Shown here one piece after another: positions 49,030-60,246 of a DNA stretch of 64,000 bases. The notes under the pieces were generated by a model that did no database searches, had not been told where the DNA came from, and worked only from the letters and a program-made list of their open reading frames with translations. Position 1 is the first letter of the stretch; each line of letters begins with the position of its first letter. The stretch comes from a virus. Taxonomy: Duplodnaviria; Heunggongvirae; Uroviricota; Caudoviricetes. The translations under genes and the position numbers were made by a program. The DNA lies in IMG/VR virus record IMGVR_UViG_3300029705_006930; one strand, written 5' to 3'.

Positions 49030-49277
49030 TAATAAATTAAATAATTACTGGGGAAAATCGGTGAAGTCCTCCAATGATATAGGATAATACCGAGGTAAAC
49101 AATAAAATTGCGTAAGGTTTATTGTCACCGTAGAGCATAGATAGTGAATAAATATAATCTATCCAAGAGTCTCCAGCATCCCACCTAAATATAGAGGATG
49201 AAAATATATGCCGAGCTTACATAATGGAAAAATGTAAGAACTATGGGGTAAAAAACCTATAGGATAACAAAACTGAT
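49030..49277 (+). other. About 250 nt structured spacer splitting the DnaE-like gene (candidate ORF-less group I intron)
   Basis: Hairpins ACAATAAAattgcgtaaggTTTATTGT and CATCCcacctaaatatagaGGATG. No RBS-less continuation checked. Confidence 0.3.
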
Positions 49278-51809
49278 ATGGACTATCCCTCTGACAATGA
49301 ATGCATAAAGCGTTTTTTAGACCAAGGAATTTTTACTGAGACAGAAATTCAACGTGCAATGGATAACACAGATATCTGCTTAACATTTGAGAATTTTTAT
49401 TTTAGTAAAGATATTAAACTACCAACTTTATATCCAGACAAGACTCAAGAGGAAAAGAACAAGATATATTCAAGACTGATTACAAAAAAGTTTAAAGAAT
49501 ATATGAAATATGTTCCTGCTGAAGACTATGACAGATATTATCAAGGTGTTAAAGAAGAAGTTCAGGTATATAAAGATACTGGTATGGTTGACTATCCGCT
49601 AATCAACTATGAAGTTATTAAGCGCGGGATTGAATTGGGCGGGGTAATTACAGATAGTGGACGTGGTTCCGCTGTTGGCTTCTTCACAAACACATTGTGT
49701 GGATTCTCAAAAGTTGACCGTTTTACATCTGCAATTCATCTTTATCCAGAGCGCTTTATGTCAACAAGCCGAATATTAGAGTCCGGCTCCCTACCAGATA
49801 TTGACTTTAACGTAGCTAATACTGAGCCTTTTGAACGAGCACAAAAAGAAATACTTGGAGAAGAACATTCATATCCAATGATTGCATTTGGCACTTTGAA
49901 AAAGAAATCTGCTTTTAAGCTTTATGCAAGAGCAAAAGATGTGCCAGCTGCCATTGCAAATGAAATCACAAAACAGATTGAAAAATATGAAAATGATTTA
50001 AAACATGCCGATGATGATGACAGGCGCGATATAAATATCTATGACTATGTAGATGAACAGTATCATGACCATTTGAGACAGAGTGAATCATATTGGGGTA
50101 TCATTTCTGACCGCAAAAAAGCTCCATCGGCACATCTCTTATATCAAGGCAATATTCGTAAAGAAATTGGGCTCATTAAATGTAAGAGTGAAAGTACCAA
50201 GAAGGAATGCATCACTTGTGTTATTGATGGTGCAGTCGCAGAAGAATATAAATTTTTGAAAAATGACCTGCTCACTGTAAATGTGGTGGATATTATTGAC
50301 CGTGTTTTTAAACGTATTGGCATTGAGCATTTTAATGTAAATACATTGTTGGGACTTATTAAAAATGATAAACCGACTTGGGATATTTATGCTAAAGGTT
50401 TGACTATAGGTGTTAACCAATGTGAAAAAGCCTCAACAACAAAAAAAGCAATGCGATATAAACCACGAAACCCATCTGAGCTCTCGGCATTTATAGCAGG
50501 TATTCGTCCAGGCTTTAAATCAATGTATCCGATTTTTGAAAGTAGACAGCCGTTCTCATATGGAGTTGCTACACTGGATAATCTGCTGATTACCGAAGAA
50601 CTTCCGATTCCCTTTATGATTTTCCAGGAACAGACAATGAAAGTCCTTAACTATGCTGGATTTCCAATGGACGAATGCTATGGTCTTATTAAAGCTATCA
50701 GTAAAAAGAAACCAGAAAAGGTAAAAGCAATCAAAGATGATTTTATTAAAAATTTCTGCAAACAAATTCAAGAAGATAATGGACTTGATTTTGAAATTGC
50801 ACAAAATAACAGTGAAAAAGTATGGACAGTAGTAAATGATAACTCAGGTTATGCATTTAACAGTTCTCATGCATACTGTATGGCGTTGGATAGCTTATAT
50901 TGTGCTTATCTCAAATCTCACTATCCTTATGAATTTTATGAGGTACTTCTCACATTTTATTCCAACAAAGGCAACAAAGATAAAGTTGCTGAACTGAAAA
51001 GAGAAATGCTCCAAGGTTTTGGTATCAGAGAAGGCAAGTTTAAGTTTGGCAATGATAATCGCAGCTTTAAAGCCGACAAAGAAAACGGTGTTATATATTC
51101 ATCACTATTATCATTAAAAAATATGAACCAGAAATGTTCTGAGGACTTATATGCTTTATCACAAAAAAAACAATATACAAACTTTTTTACACTGCTCAAA
51201 GATATTAAACAACTTAAGAGTCTGAAATCTGACCAGCTTAATATTTTGATTAATATTGGATATTTTGATGATTTTGGTACAGTCCCACAGATTCAGACAT
51301 TTGTAAAAGCATATGACGACCTTTATGGACGAGCTCAATTTTCCAAAGATAATCTGGATGCTAATTATGCAGCACTTATTGCTGCTGACAGTACGCAGAC
51401 TGAAAAACAATATCGCAACTTTGATTATGAAAATGCATTGCATAAATTGTGGATGCAAATTCCGCCAATTAAATTAGGTTTGCATCAGAAAATTAAAAAC
51501 GAACTTGAATATTTTGGATACATACAAACAATCATACCAAAGCTCTCAGATGAATATGTAGTCGTAACTGATAAGATTGACAAATATTCGAAACTGACGG
51601 TCACGGTTTATGTATTACAGACTGGAGCAATTCATACTTATCGAATGCGAAGCAGAGTTGCAGAGCAATGCGGAACAATTAATGTGGGCGATATTATTAA
51701 ACTGATGAAGTTTAGCGAAGAAAAGAAATGGACAAAAAATGTCAACGGAGATTGGGTACACACAGATGAAACCGAAACACTCATTAAAAAATATGCACTG
51801 ACAAGATGA
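49278..51809 (+). CDS. DNA polymerase III alpha (DnaE-type) catalytic core
   Basis: Palm motif GRGSAVGFF; 843 aa, which with the 231 aa PHP ORF gives about 1074 aa. Confidence 0.7.
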   Translation: MDYPSDNECIKRFLDQGIFTETEIQRAMDNTDICLTFENFYFSKDIKLPTLYPDKTQEEKNKIYSRLITKKFKEYMKYVPAEDYDRYYQGVKEEVQVYKDTGMVDYPLINYEVIKRGIELGGVITDSGRGSAVGFFTNTLCGFSKVDRFTSAIHLYPERFMSTSRILESGSLPDIDFNVANTEPFERAQKEILGEEHSYPMIAFGTLKKKSAFKLYARAKDVPAAIANEITKQIEKYENDLKHADDDDRRDINIYDYVDEQYHDHLRQSESYWGIISDRKKAPSAHLLYQGNIRKEIGLIKCKSESTKKECITCVIDGAVAEEYKFLKNDLLTVNVVDIIDRVFKRIGIEHFNVNTLLGLIKNDKPTWDIYAKGLTIGVNQCEKASTTKKAMRYKPRNPSELSAFIAGIRPGFKSMYPIFESRQPFSYGVATLDNLLITEELPIPFMIFQEQTMKVLNYAGFPMDECYGLIKAISKKKPEKVKAIKDDFIKNFCKQIQEDNGLDFEIAQNNSEKVWTVVNDNSGYAFNSSHAYCMALDSLYCAYLKSHYPYEFYEVLLTFYSNKGNKDKVAELKREMLQGFGIREGKFKFGNDNRSFKADKENGVIYSSLLSLKNMNQKCSEDLYALSQKKQYTNFFTLLKDIKQLKSLKSDQLNILINIGYFDDFGTVPQIQTFVKAYDDLYGRAQFSKDNLDANYAALIAADSTQTEKQYRNFDYENALHKLWMQIPPIKLGLHQKIKNELEYFGYIQTIIPKLSDEYVVVTDKIDKYSKLTVTVYVLQTGAIHTYRMRSRVAEQCGTINVGDIIKLMKFSEEKKWTKNVNGDWVHTDETETLIKKYALTR

Positions 51810-51868
51810 GGTGATATTGTATAGCATTTACAGCAAAAGAAATTGAATATTTACAACAACATATTACA

Positions 51869-52339
51869 GTGCTTGTCGATACACGTGAAAAGGTATGGGA
51901 ACATATTAGGCAATATCTTATTGCAAATGATATTCCATATAAAATGCAAACACTGCAAAGTGGTGATTATTCCTTCATTTTGGAATATGACGACCAAGTA
52001 CATATATTTGTAAAGCAGATAGTAATTGAACGCAAGAATTCTTTAACAGAACTAGCAGCTTGTTTTTCTACAGAGCGAGCCAGATTTGAACGTGAATTTG
52101 AACGACTTAAAAAATCTAAAACCATGTGTTTTTTACTTGTAGAGAATAGTTCATTCGATGGTATATACAAGGGCAACTATCGCACACAAATGAATCCGAA
52201 ATCATATGAAGCCAGCTTAATATCTTGGCTTACAAAGTATAATATCATTCCAATTTTTTGTGATAAAGAAAATAGTGGACGGGTTATTCATAATATTTTT
52301 AAACAATACTTGCGGAATTACTTGTTAGATAAAATTTAA
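51869..52339 (+). CDS. ERCC4/XPF-type nuclease-like protein (possible resolvase), GTG start
   Basis: LVDTREK ... GDYSF ... IERK motifs. No upstream in-frame ATG. Confidence 0.4.
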   Translation: MLVDTREKVWEHIRQYLIANDIPYKMQTLQSGDYSFILEYDDQVHIFVKQIVIERKNSLTELAACFSTERARFEREFERLKKSKTMCFLLVENSSFDGIYKGNYRTQMNPKSYEASLISWLTKYNIIPIFCDKENSGRVIHNIFKQYLRNYLLDKI

Positions 52340-52358
52340 TCATAAAGGAGCAATCACT

Positions 52359-52592
52359 ATGGGAAGAAGAATGGTCAACAATAATGATTTATTTAGCAAC
52401 ACTATACCGATGGAAACTATGTTTCATACTGTTGATGATGAAACTGTTCGGCCATTATATATGATAAGACGAAATCAGATGGGAGAATATTCCTTCTGGG
52501 TTCCTCTTGATGAAACCTGTACAGGATGGAAACACATCAATTCTTCCTATAGCGGTGCTTTTGAAAAGGAGAGAATTAAGTGGGGAAAATAA
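52359..52592 (+). CDS. Hypothetical protein
   Basis: RBS AAAGGAG. Confidence 0.5.
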   Translation: MGRRMVNNNDLFSNTIPMETMFHTVDDETVRPLYMIRRNQMGEYSFWVPLDETCTGWKHINSSYSGAFEKERIKWGK

Positions 52593-52798
52593 TAATTTTC
52601 AAAGAAGCAGTCTTTGATACTGTTGTAACTGATACCGAAGAATTTGAAGCACTGATATGGATTGCTAATAAAAAATATAAAGTTTGTGATGAACATAAAT
52701 ATTTTTACATATTGGAAAATGATTTTGATGATACAAAACGTGGTATTTCAAAAGATTTTGAAAACGAACTATATGATGTAATGGAGGTAGATAAATGA
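52580..52798 (+). CDS. Hypothetical protein
   Basis: Overlapping start. Confidence 0.45.
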   Translation: MGKIIIFKEAVFDTVVTDTEEFEALIWIANKKYKVCDEHKYFYILENDFDDTKRGISKDFENELYDVMEVDK

Positions 52799-53475
52799 AA
52801 GTAACATTGATTGCACATACGCCAAATCCAGAAAATGTTGTGGCAACTGCAGCAAAGCTTTGTTATAGCTCTAAAACTTTAACAGAGCTATATGACGAAA
52901 CAATCAATAAAGACAACGAAAAATATTTAAACAAACTTGCAGAACTGGGACATACAAGCCCATTGGAACATGCGACTTTCACCTTTGGCATCGAAGGTGT
53001 TTCCCGCGCTTTGCTTGCACAGATAACACGCCACAGAATTGCATCCTACAGTGTTAAATCTCAACGTTATGTGTCTGAAGTAAATAGTCACTATGTAATT
53101 CCAGATGAAATTATGAAATCATCAGAAGCCCGAATTATCTATGCTGACGCTCTTGATAAAGTTTCAAAAGCCTATGACCAACTTTCAAAACTTGGTATCG
53201 AAAAAGAAGATGCTCGTTTTGTGCTTCCAAATGCAACAGCTACTCAGATGATTGTCACAATGAATGCCCGTAGTTTGTTAAATTTCTTTGGATTGCGTTG
53301 TTGTAACCGAGCACAGTGGGAAATACGAGCACTCGCTGATGAAATGTTGAAATTGTGCCTTGAGGTTGCACCAACATTGTTTGGTAAAGCAGGAGCTTCC
53401 TGTGTGTACGGTACCTGTTCAGAAGGAGCTATGTGTTGTGGCCATCCAAGAAAGGCAGAAGAATATGCAAGATAA
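52795..53475 (+). CDS. thyX: Flavin-dependent thymidylate synthase
   Basis: RHRIASYSVKSQRY ThyX motif. Confidence 0.85.
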   Translation: MKVTLIAHTPNPENVVATAAKLCYSSKTLTELYDETINKDNEKYLNKLAELGHTSPLEHATFTFGIEGVSRALLAQITRHRIASYSVKSQRYVSEVNSHYVIPDEIMKSSEARIIYADALDKVSKAYDQLSKLGIEKEDARFVLPNATATQMIVTMNARSLLNFFGLRCCNRAQWEIRALADEMLKLCLEVAPTLFGKAGASCVYGTCSEGAMCCGHPRKAEEYAR

Positions 53476-54025
53476 TTTTATTATTCTTCTTGTTGGTAAA
53501 AGTGGTTCTGGCAAATCAACTATTGCAAATGAACTGGACAATCAGTTTGGTTGGACACAGGTTCAGTCATATACTACACGTCCAAGACGCCATCAGAATG
53601 AAACAGGACATATATTTGTTAACGACGAACAATTTGATAAATTATCTGATTTTGTAGCTTATACAGAATTCAATGGTTTTAGATATGGGGCTACTCAACA
53701 GCAAGTCGAAGATAACCAGATTTATGTTATTGACCCTGCCGGAATCAAATATTTTCAAGAACAATATACAGGCAAAAAAAATATTTACATATATTACATT
53801 GATGTACCCGTACAGACTCGTCTTGAAAGAATGATAAAACGAGGAGACTCTGCAGGTAAGGCATTAAGTCGTCTTAAACATGATAAAGAAGCATTTAAAA
53901 CAATTGATGATATTGAGAATGTAATTTATATCAACAATGAAAATTTATATGATGCTGTATCAAAAGTTCATATTTCTGTTGTGGTACAACAGTGTATGCA
54001 AGATATACAAAAAGAAAAAGACTAA
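53465..54025 (+). CDS. Guanylate-kinase-like (d)NMP kinase
   Basis: P-loop LLVGKSGSGKST; TTRPRR...GHIF GK motif. Start overlaps the thyX stop. Confidence 0.6.
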   Translation: MQDNFIILLVGKSGSGKSTIANELDNQFGWTQVQSYTTRPRRHQNETGHIFVNDEQFDKLSDFVAYTEFNGFRYGATQQQVEDNQIYVIDPAGIKYFQEQYTGKKNIYIYYIDVPVQTRLERMIKRGDSAGKALSRLKHDKEAFKTIDDIENVIYINNENLYDAVSKVHISVVVQQCMQDIQKEKD

Positions 54026-54040
54026 CTTTGGAGGAATTAT

Positions 54041-54289
54041 ATGCGCTATACAATTAAAAACATTGAGCGTGATGATGCAATGAGACATATACATAAGATG
54101 ATACTTGGGTGTGAATGCGAATTTGATATCAGAATGTTTGATGTAGGTGAAAGTCTGTATTTTAAAGTTTTTACCGAAGATGAAATTCATCGTGAAATCG
54201 TCACAAGCCATATCGAATCAATTACTGAATATGACAATAAACTCATTGTTCAGACACGTAATACAAAATACACTTTTGAAAAAGTTTAA
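54041..54289 (+). CDS. Hypothetical protein
   Basis: RBS GGAGG. Confidence 0.5.
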   Translation: MRYTIKNIERDDAMRHIHKMILGCECEFDIRMFDVGESLYFKVFTEDEIHREIVTSHIESITEYDNKLIVQTRNTKYTFEKV

Positions 54290-54300
54290 GGAAAATAATA

Positions 54301-54479
54301 ATGAATATATTTTTTTGGCTGCTTGTAATTATTGCAGCAATCATATTGTGGTTTACCCTGCGCAAAATCTTCACTTGCACAGGCAAATATATCAATAAGG
54401 TTTTAGATGACACAAAAGAAATTATGTCATTTGAAGATAAAGAAGATAAAGAAGAAACAAAGAAAAAGGAGATTAACTA
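54301..54479 (+). CDS. Small membrane protein (59 aa)
   Basis: RBS AAGGAAAA; N-terminal TM helix. Confidence 0.35.
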
Positions 54480-55373
54480 ATGAAGAAAAACGGTTTTGTT
54501 GGTGGTGTTCTTGCCGCAGCAATTATTGTAATTGCGCTTTTAGGGATAATCACTTGTATTGAAAAAATTCCAACAGGGTACGTTGGCGTTGTATATAAAA
54601 TGTCCGGTGGTGTGCAGGACGAAATTCTCACACAGGGCTGGCATATTGTTTCTCCAACCAAAAAGGTTAAGGAATTTACTGTTGGTAATGAGCAGATTGT
54701 TATGACAAAAGACGAACGCGATGGCAGCAAAGGTGATGACAGCTTTGCTGTAGCTACAGCAGATAATGCAAATATTGATATTAGTTTTCAGATGTTATAC
54801 AGATATGATGCTCAAACAGTTGTGAATACATTTAAAGATTATAAAGGCATGAGCGGTGAAGATATTGTTAATAACCGAGTGCGTACATTACTTAAATCTA
54901 AAATTTCCGAAGTTACAACCGATTACACAATGATGGATATTTACTCTGGTGACAGAACGACAATCAATCAGGAAATCACAGAACATCTCAATGAAGAATT
55001 CCATCGTCAGTTTGGTATCAATGTTTTGGATGCTTCTATTGTTGATGTACATCCAAGCGAACAACTGCAGGACACAATTAACAAACGTGTAGATGCAATC
55101 CAGAAAAAACAGGAGGCAGAAGCAAATCAGGAACGTATTAAAGTAGAAAAAGAAACAGAACTTATTCAGGCAGAAGCAGATGCAAAAATTGCCGAAGCAA
55201 AAGCACAGGCAGAAGCACGAGTAATCGAAATTGAAGCACAGGCAGAAGCCGAAGCAAATCGTCTTATTGCACAGAGTATTACCCCAGAACTTATCGCTAT
55301 GAAAGAAGCCGAAGCTCGTCTTGTTCACGGCTGGGTGGAAATCACAGGCTCAGAAGCCGTAGTAGTTAAATAA
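54480..55373 (+). CDS. SPFH/band-7 (prohibitin/HflC-like) membrane protein
   Basis: N-terminal TM helix, SPFH core, A/E/Q-rich coiled-coil tail. Confidence 0.7.
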   Translation: MKKNGFVGGVLAAAIIVIALLGIITCIEKIPTGYVGVVYKMSGGVQDEILTQGWHIVSPTKKVKEFTVGNEQIVMTKDERDGSKGDDSFAVATADNANIDISFQMLYRYDAQTVVNTFKDYKGMSGEDIVNNRVRTLLKSKISEVTTDYTMMDIYSGDRTTINQEITEHLNEEFHRQFGINVLDASIVDVHPSEQLQDTINKRVDAIQKKQEAEANQERIKVEKETELIQAEADAKIAEAKAQAEARVIEIEAQAEAEANRLIAQSITPELIAMKEAEARLVHGWVEITGSEAVVVK

Positions 55374-55426
55374 TAAATTGAATAACAATCTCCGCAGGGG
55401 AAACTCTGTGGAGAACAAGGATAACT

Positions 55427-56749
55427 ATGAGACAAATATTAAATATGAGAGAAACATTAACGCGAGTAAGTTTTTTATTTAAGACTATTGCGAGTACACC
55501 AAGGACAACTGAAAAGAAACGATTGTTGCGTTATATCAACAGCTCAGAACCAGAGAATGTATGTGAAATGTTTCTGTATACTTTACGATTTTTATTGGAT
55601 AACAATGTAACAACAGGTATCGATAAAAAGAAACTCAAAGCTCAAATTAATATGCCTGATATTAATTTTCCAATGAAATGGTCACATATGTTGGAATATA
55701 TCAAAGAAAACAATACAGGAAGGCATGAAGATATTCGCAGAGCACAGCTCTTTATCGAAGATAATCCCGAGAATGCGGAATTTATTGCTGATATTATAAC
55801 AAAATCATATAGGTTAGGACTGACAGCCAAAACAGTAAATGAAGTTTATGAAGATTTTATTCCTGTTTGGTCAGTACAGCAGGCATATCCTTTGGAAAAA
55901 TATCCGCTTAAGGACGGAGAATGGTTTTCTTTATCACAAAAGCTTAATGGGTTCCATGCCTCATATTACAAGGGTAAATTAATAAGCCGACAAGGAAAAG
56001 AAATCAAAGGTTGTAAGCACGTTATTAACGCAATAAACAACTTTAAACTTCAAGATTTCTTTATTGATGGCGAGCTTATCCGGCGTAATGATATTGAACC
56101 TCATCTCTCAGACGAAGAAAATTTTCGACAGACTGTTTCAATTGCGAATTCTGATTCTGACGACAAAACAGACCTGTGTTTTATTTATTATGATATCATT
56201 CCAGCTGATGATTTTGACAAAGGCAAATGTGAAATAACATATCGCCAACGTCTTAATGACATGCATAAATTAAACAGTATAATTCTGCAGACTCCATTTT
56301 ATAAAACGTTTCATATGGTGAAATGGTTTTATCACGGCAATGACCAAAAGAAAATTCAGTTTTGGCTTGATTATGCAAATGAAAATGATATGGAGGGTCT
56401 TATGTTAAATAAGGATACTGTATATCAATGCAAACGTAATTCAGGCATTTTAAAGGTAAAAAGTTGGAAACATTGTGACCTTAGAGTAACGGGCGTTGAA
56501 GAAGGCGATGGCAAATACAAAGGAACCCTTGGAAAACTGATTGTGGACTATAAAGGAAATACTTTGGGATTAAGTGGAATGAGCGATGAGGAACGTTATA
56601 TATTTTGGAATAATCCACAGGACATAGTTGGGAAGATTGTGCTCGTTAAATATAAACAGGAAACAAAAGACAAAACAGGTAAACGTAGTTTGCAGTTCGC
56701 AACCTACCAAGGTGTTAGAACTGATAAAGATGAAGTCAGCTACAATTAA
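55427..56749 (+). CDS. ATP-dependent DNA ligase
   Basis: KLNGFHA (I), FIDGELI (III), EGLMLNK (IV), ILKVKSW (V). Confidence 0.65.
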   Translation: MRQILNMRETLTRVSFLFKTIASTPRTTEKKRLLRYINSSEPENVCEMFLYTLRFLLDNNVTTGIDKKKLKAQINMPDINFPMKWSHMLEYIKENNTGRHEDIRRAQLFIEDNPENAEFIADIITKSYRLGLTAKTVNEVYEDFIPVWSVQQAYPLEKYPLKDGEWFSLSQKLNGFHASYYKGKLISRQGKEIKGCKHVINAINNFKLQDFFIDGELIRRNDIEPHLSDEENFRQTVSIANSDSDDKTDLCFIYYDIIPADDFDKGKCEITYRQRLNDMHKLNSIILQTPFYKTFHMVKWFYHGNDQKKIQFWLDYANENDMEGLMLNKDTVYQCKRNSGILKVKSWKHCDLRVTGVEEGDGKYKGTLGKLIVDYKGNTLGLSGMSDEERYIFWNNPQDIVGKIVLVKYKQETKDKTGKRSLQFATYQGVRTDKDEVSYN

Positions 56750-56765
56750 TAGATGGGGGAATAAA

Positions 56766-58065
56766 ATGAACGTAAAAGATTGGCTTGGAGAAGAAAATCA
56801 GCTCGGCATTGATATTGCTACAAAAAAATATATTAAAAACGAATCCTTTGATGAATTTATCGGAAGAATTTCAAATAATAATCCAGAAATTAAAAGAATT
56901 ATTTTAGAAAAGAAATATCTGCATGGTGGCAGAACACTCAGTAACTACAATACGGGTAATGGTGCATCCACATCCAACTGTTATTCAAGTGGTTACTGCC
57001 CGGATGATACAGCAGGTATTCTGGAGCTAAATAAAAATATAGGTCTTACATATAAAGCACAGGGTGGGCAGGGTTTATCTCTGAGTAAAATCCGTCCAAA
57101 GGGCTGTAAAATCAGCAAAGGTGGATATGAAACTGATGGCATCATTCCATTTATGCAGATGTTTGATACTACAACAGCAAGTATTTCACAGGGCGGTTCA
57201 AGAAAAGGAGCTCTGATGATGTCTCTTGACTGCTGGCATAAAGAGGTTAAAGATTTTATCACAATCAAAACCGATACAAATCTTATTACAAAAGCAAATC
57301 TGTCAGTTGAAATTGACGATGAATTTATGACCTGTGTCAGAAAATATTATGATGAAGGCTTGGTATTTGAAAAACAAGTAAACTTTACTTATGATGGCGG
57401 TGAAACCAGATATATGGTGAAACCTATTGAAGTATATCAGCTGATTTGTAAAACGGCTCATGAATATGCTGAGCCAGGCATTATCTATACTGAGCAGTTT
57501 CGCAACTATAATTTAATGCAGTACGATGATGAATATCAGATTGTAACTGGTAACCCATGTGGAGAACAGCCTTTGCCACAGAATGGGGCGTGCAATCTGG
57601 GCAGTATTAACCTTGCAGAATTTGTAAAACACCCATATTCATCAGAATCAGAGTTTGATTTTGTAGATTTCCGCAATACAGTAGAAATTGCAATCAGAGC
57701 ATTGGATGACGTACTGGATTATGGTGCTGAACTTCATGCTTTGCCAGAACAGAGAGAAATGGCAAAGAATTATCGCAATATAGGTCTTGGCATTATGGGC
57801 CTTGCTTCAATGCTTTTTAAGATGGGCATTAAATATGGCAGTGATGAATCTCTCCATCTTGTAGATACCATTGGCTATACAATGTTTAGAACTGCTTTGG
57901 AGACATCTACTGAGCTCGCAAAAGAAAAAGGAACTTTCCCAAAATATAAAGATGTTGTTTTTGATGCAGAAATTATTAAGGCACATTTTAATGCAGACGA
58001 AATCGCAGAGCTCCGCAAATATGGTCTTCGCAACTGCTCATTGCTTTCAATCGCTCCAAGTGGGT
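56766..58065 (+). CDS. nrdJ: Class II (NrdJ-like) ribonucleotide reductase, exon 1
   Basis: NPCGEQPL...ACNLGSINL catalytic motif; RBS GGGGGA. Exon ends ..SIAPSG + t. Confidence 0.75.
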
Positions 58066-59266
58066 TGACTAACTGGCTCACATAAAACATTTTTAATTGC
58101 TGGAACATCCTTAGAGCTTCATAAACTACAACATAATGATGAAATATACATAAGTGTGAATGTTTGAAAATTATGAAGATTGGATAATCAGCAGCGAAGC
58201 TCTGAATAGGAGAACGTTCAACGACTATCCCTTAATGGGAGTACACTGCAAGTGATTGGCAGTGGAAATAAAATGTACTAATTATTTATAAACTTAGGTA
58301 AAAGTAATAATAGAATTAAAAAATATAACATATGACGACATATATAATTTATATATAACACAACAAAAATCACAGCGACAAGTAGCAAACATACTTCACA
58401 TTGGGCAAACATCGGTTAGAAGGTTGTTACAAAAATATAATATTCCATCTAGGACTTCAGAAGAAAGCAAACAAACTCCAGATTTCATTGCTCGTCAAGC
58501 AGAACTTGCTCATAGATATCAAAATGAGTATAGAAAAATAATTGTCAAACAGTGTAAATGGTGTGGAAAAGATTTCGAAGTAGATGGTGAACATAAAAGA
58601 AAAAAATATTGCTCCCCAGAATGTGTTTCTATGTCTCAAAAATCTAAAACCAAAACACAATTTTGCCAGCGTTGTGGTAAAGAAATAAAAATATCATCTG
58701 GAAGACATTATAAAAGAATCTATTGTGATGAATGTAATGTTGTTGGCAGAAGTGAAAAGCAAATTAATAAGATACAAACTACTTGTGGATATTGTGATGC
58801 AAAAATCGAAGTAATTCCAAGTGTATATAAGGCAAATCGTTTTTGTTATTGCGATATGAATTGCATGGCTAAGCATTACGCAGAAATATATAGCGGGGAA
58901 AATAATCCCTCTTGGAAAGGTGGAAAATCACATCATTACACAGGTGGGTTTTATAATGCTCGGCAAAAGGCAAGAGAAAGAGATAAATATACTTGTCAAA
59001 TATGTGGAATTACGGAAACTGACTTTGGTCAACAAATGAGTGTGCACCATATCAAAAATTATAGATTATTTGAAGATAAGGCTGAAGCAAATAAACTTGA
59101 TAATTTAATATGTCTATGTGAACCTTGTCACCGATTTGTACATTCGAACAATAATAAAGAAGGATTGTTTATAAATAATTAGTAAAGATATAGTCTCAAC
59201 TTATATGAAAATATAAGCAGCCAGAAGATGGCGGCGATGGTGTAGCGAACCATCGCGAAGACATTG
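58066..59266 (+). mobile_element. Group I intron interrupting the RNR gene, carrying an HNH homing endonuclease ORF
   Basis: Exon 1 ends in U and the intron ends in G. Splicing restores SIAPSG-SIGTMLNVTTGCEP. In-frame stop just inside the intron. Confidence 0.65.
58424..59182 (+). CDS. HNH homing endonuclease (intron-encoded)
   Basis: Multiple CxxC zinc knuckles; HNH core VHHIKNY...NLICLCEPCHRFVH. Confidence 0.75.
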   Translation: MLQKYNIPSRTSEESKQTPDFIARQAELAHRYQNEYRKIIVKQCKWCGKDFEVDGEHKRKKYCSPECVSMSQKSKTKTQFCQRCGKEIKISSGRHYKRIYCDECNVVGRSEKQINKIQTTCGYCDAKIEVIPSVYKANRFCYCDMNCMAKHYAEIYSGENNPSWKGGKSHHYTGGFYNARQKARERDKYTCQICGITETDFGQQMSVHHIKNYRLFEDKAEANKLDNLICLCEPCHRFVHSNNNKEGLFINN

Positions 59267-60246
59267 CAATTGGCACAATGCTCAATGTGACAACAGGATG
59301 TGAACCTGCATTTAGATTGTCATATAAACGTAAAACAGAAAGCTTACATAAAGATAAAGAAGTTTATTACGATGTATTTCTTCCGGAAATAGAAGAATTT
59401 AAACGTCTTTACCCAAACAAAGAATTGCCAGAGTACTTTGTATCAAGTGAAAATATTTGCTGGGCAGACCGAGTAAAAATGCAGTCAGTATTGCAGGAAC
59501 ATATTGATACAGCTATTTCATCAACAGTAAATCTGCCAAATTCAGCAACAATTGAAGATGTTGAAGACCTGTATTTGTATGCTTGGGAACAAGGTCTTAA
59601 GGGTATTACAATCTACCGTGATGGCTGTGCAAGAACTGGTATTCTCACAACAGATAAAACTGGTAAAAAAGAATCACCTGAAACATCGGAAAAGATAATA
59701 TCAGCTGAATTGCCAAGAGGCTACATTATGGATGTAAGTGACGACCTTATTGGTTATAAACGTAAACTTAATACAGGTTGTGGTTCAATTCATATGGAAG
59801 TATATTTCGATGAAATATCTGGTGAACCACAAGAAACCTTTGTCAACATTGGCTCTAGCGGCGGCTGTGAACGTAATTATCAACTCATCTCACGCCTTAT
59901 ATCTCTTGCATTAAGAGGTGGTGTTCCAATTGAATCTATCATTGACCAAACAATGAGTATTCGCCCTTGCACAGCTTATATCAACAGAACAAAAGCAAAA
60001 GGGGATACTTCAAAGGGAACTTCTTGCCCGAGCGCCATAGGCTATGCTTTACAAGAATTACAAAAGAAAATTAATGATAGGTGTTTTGGTTGCGAAGAAG
60101 AAATTGCAGAATCAGAATGCAATTGTAATATAGAAGACAAAGCAAGAATAAGTACATATACACCTTGTCCAGAATGTTCATCCCAATTGCAATTTGAAGG
60201 TGGTTGTATTATCTGTAAAAATTGTGGGTGGTCAAAATGCGATTAA
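59267..60246 (+). CDS. nrdJ: Class II RNR, exon 2
   Basis: ..GTMLNVTTGCEPAF; C-terminal Cys-rich tail CPECS...CKNCGWSKCD. Total 759 aa in frame. Confidence 0.75.
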
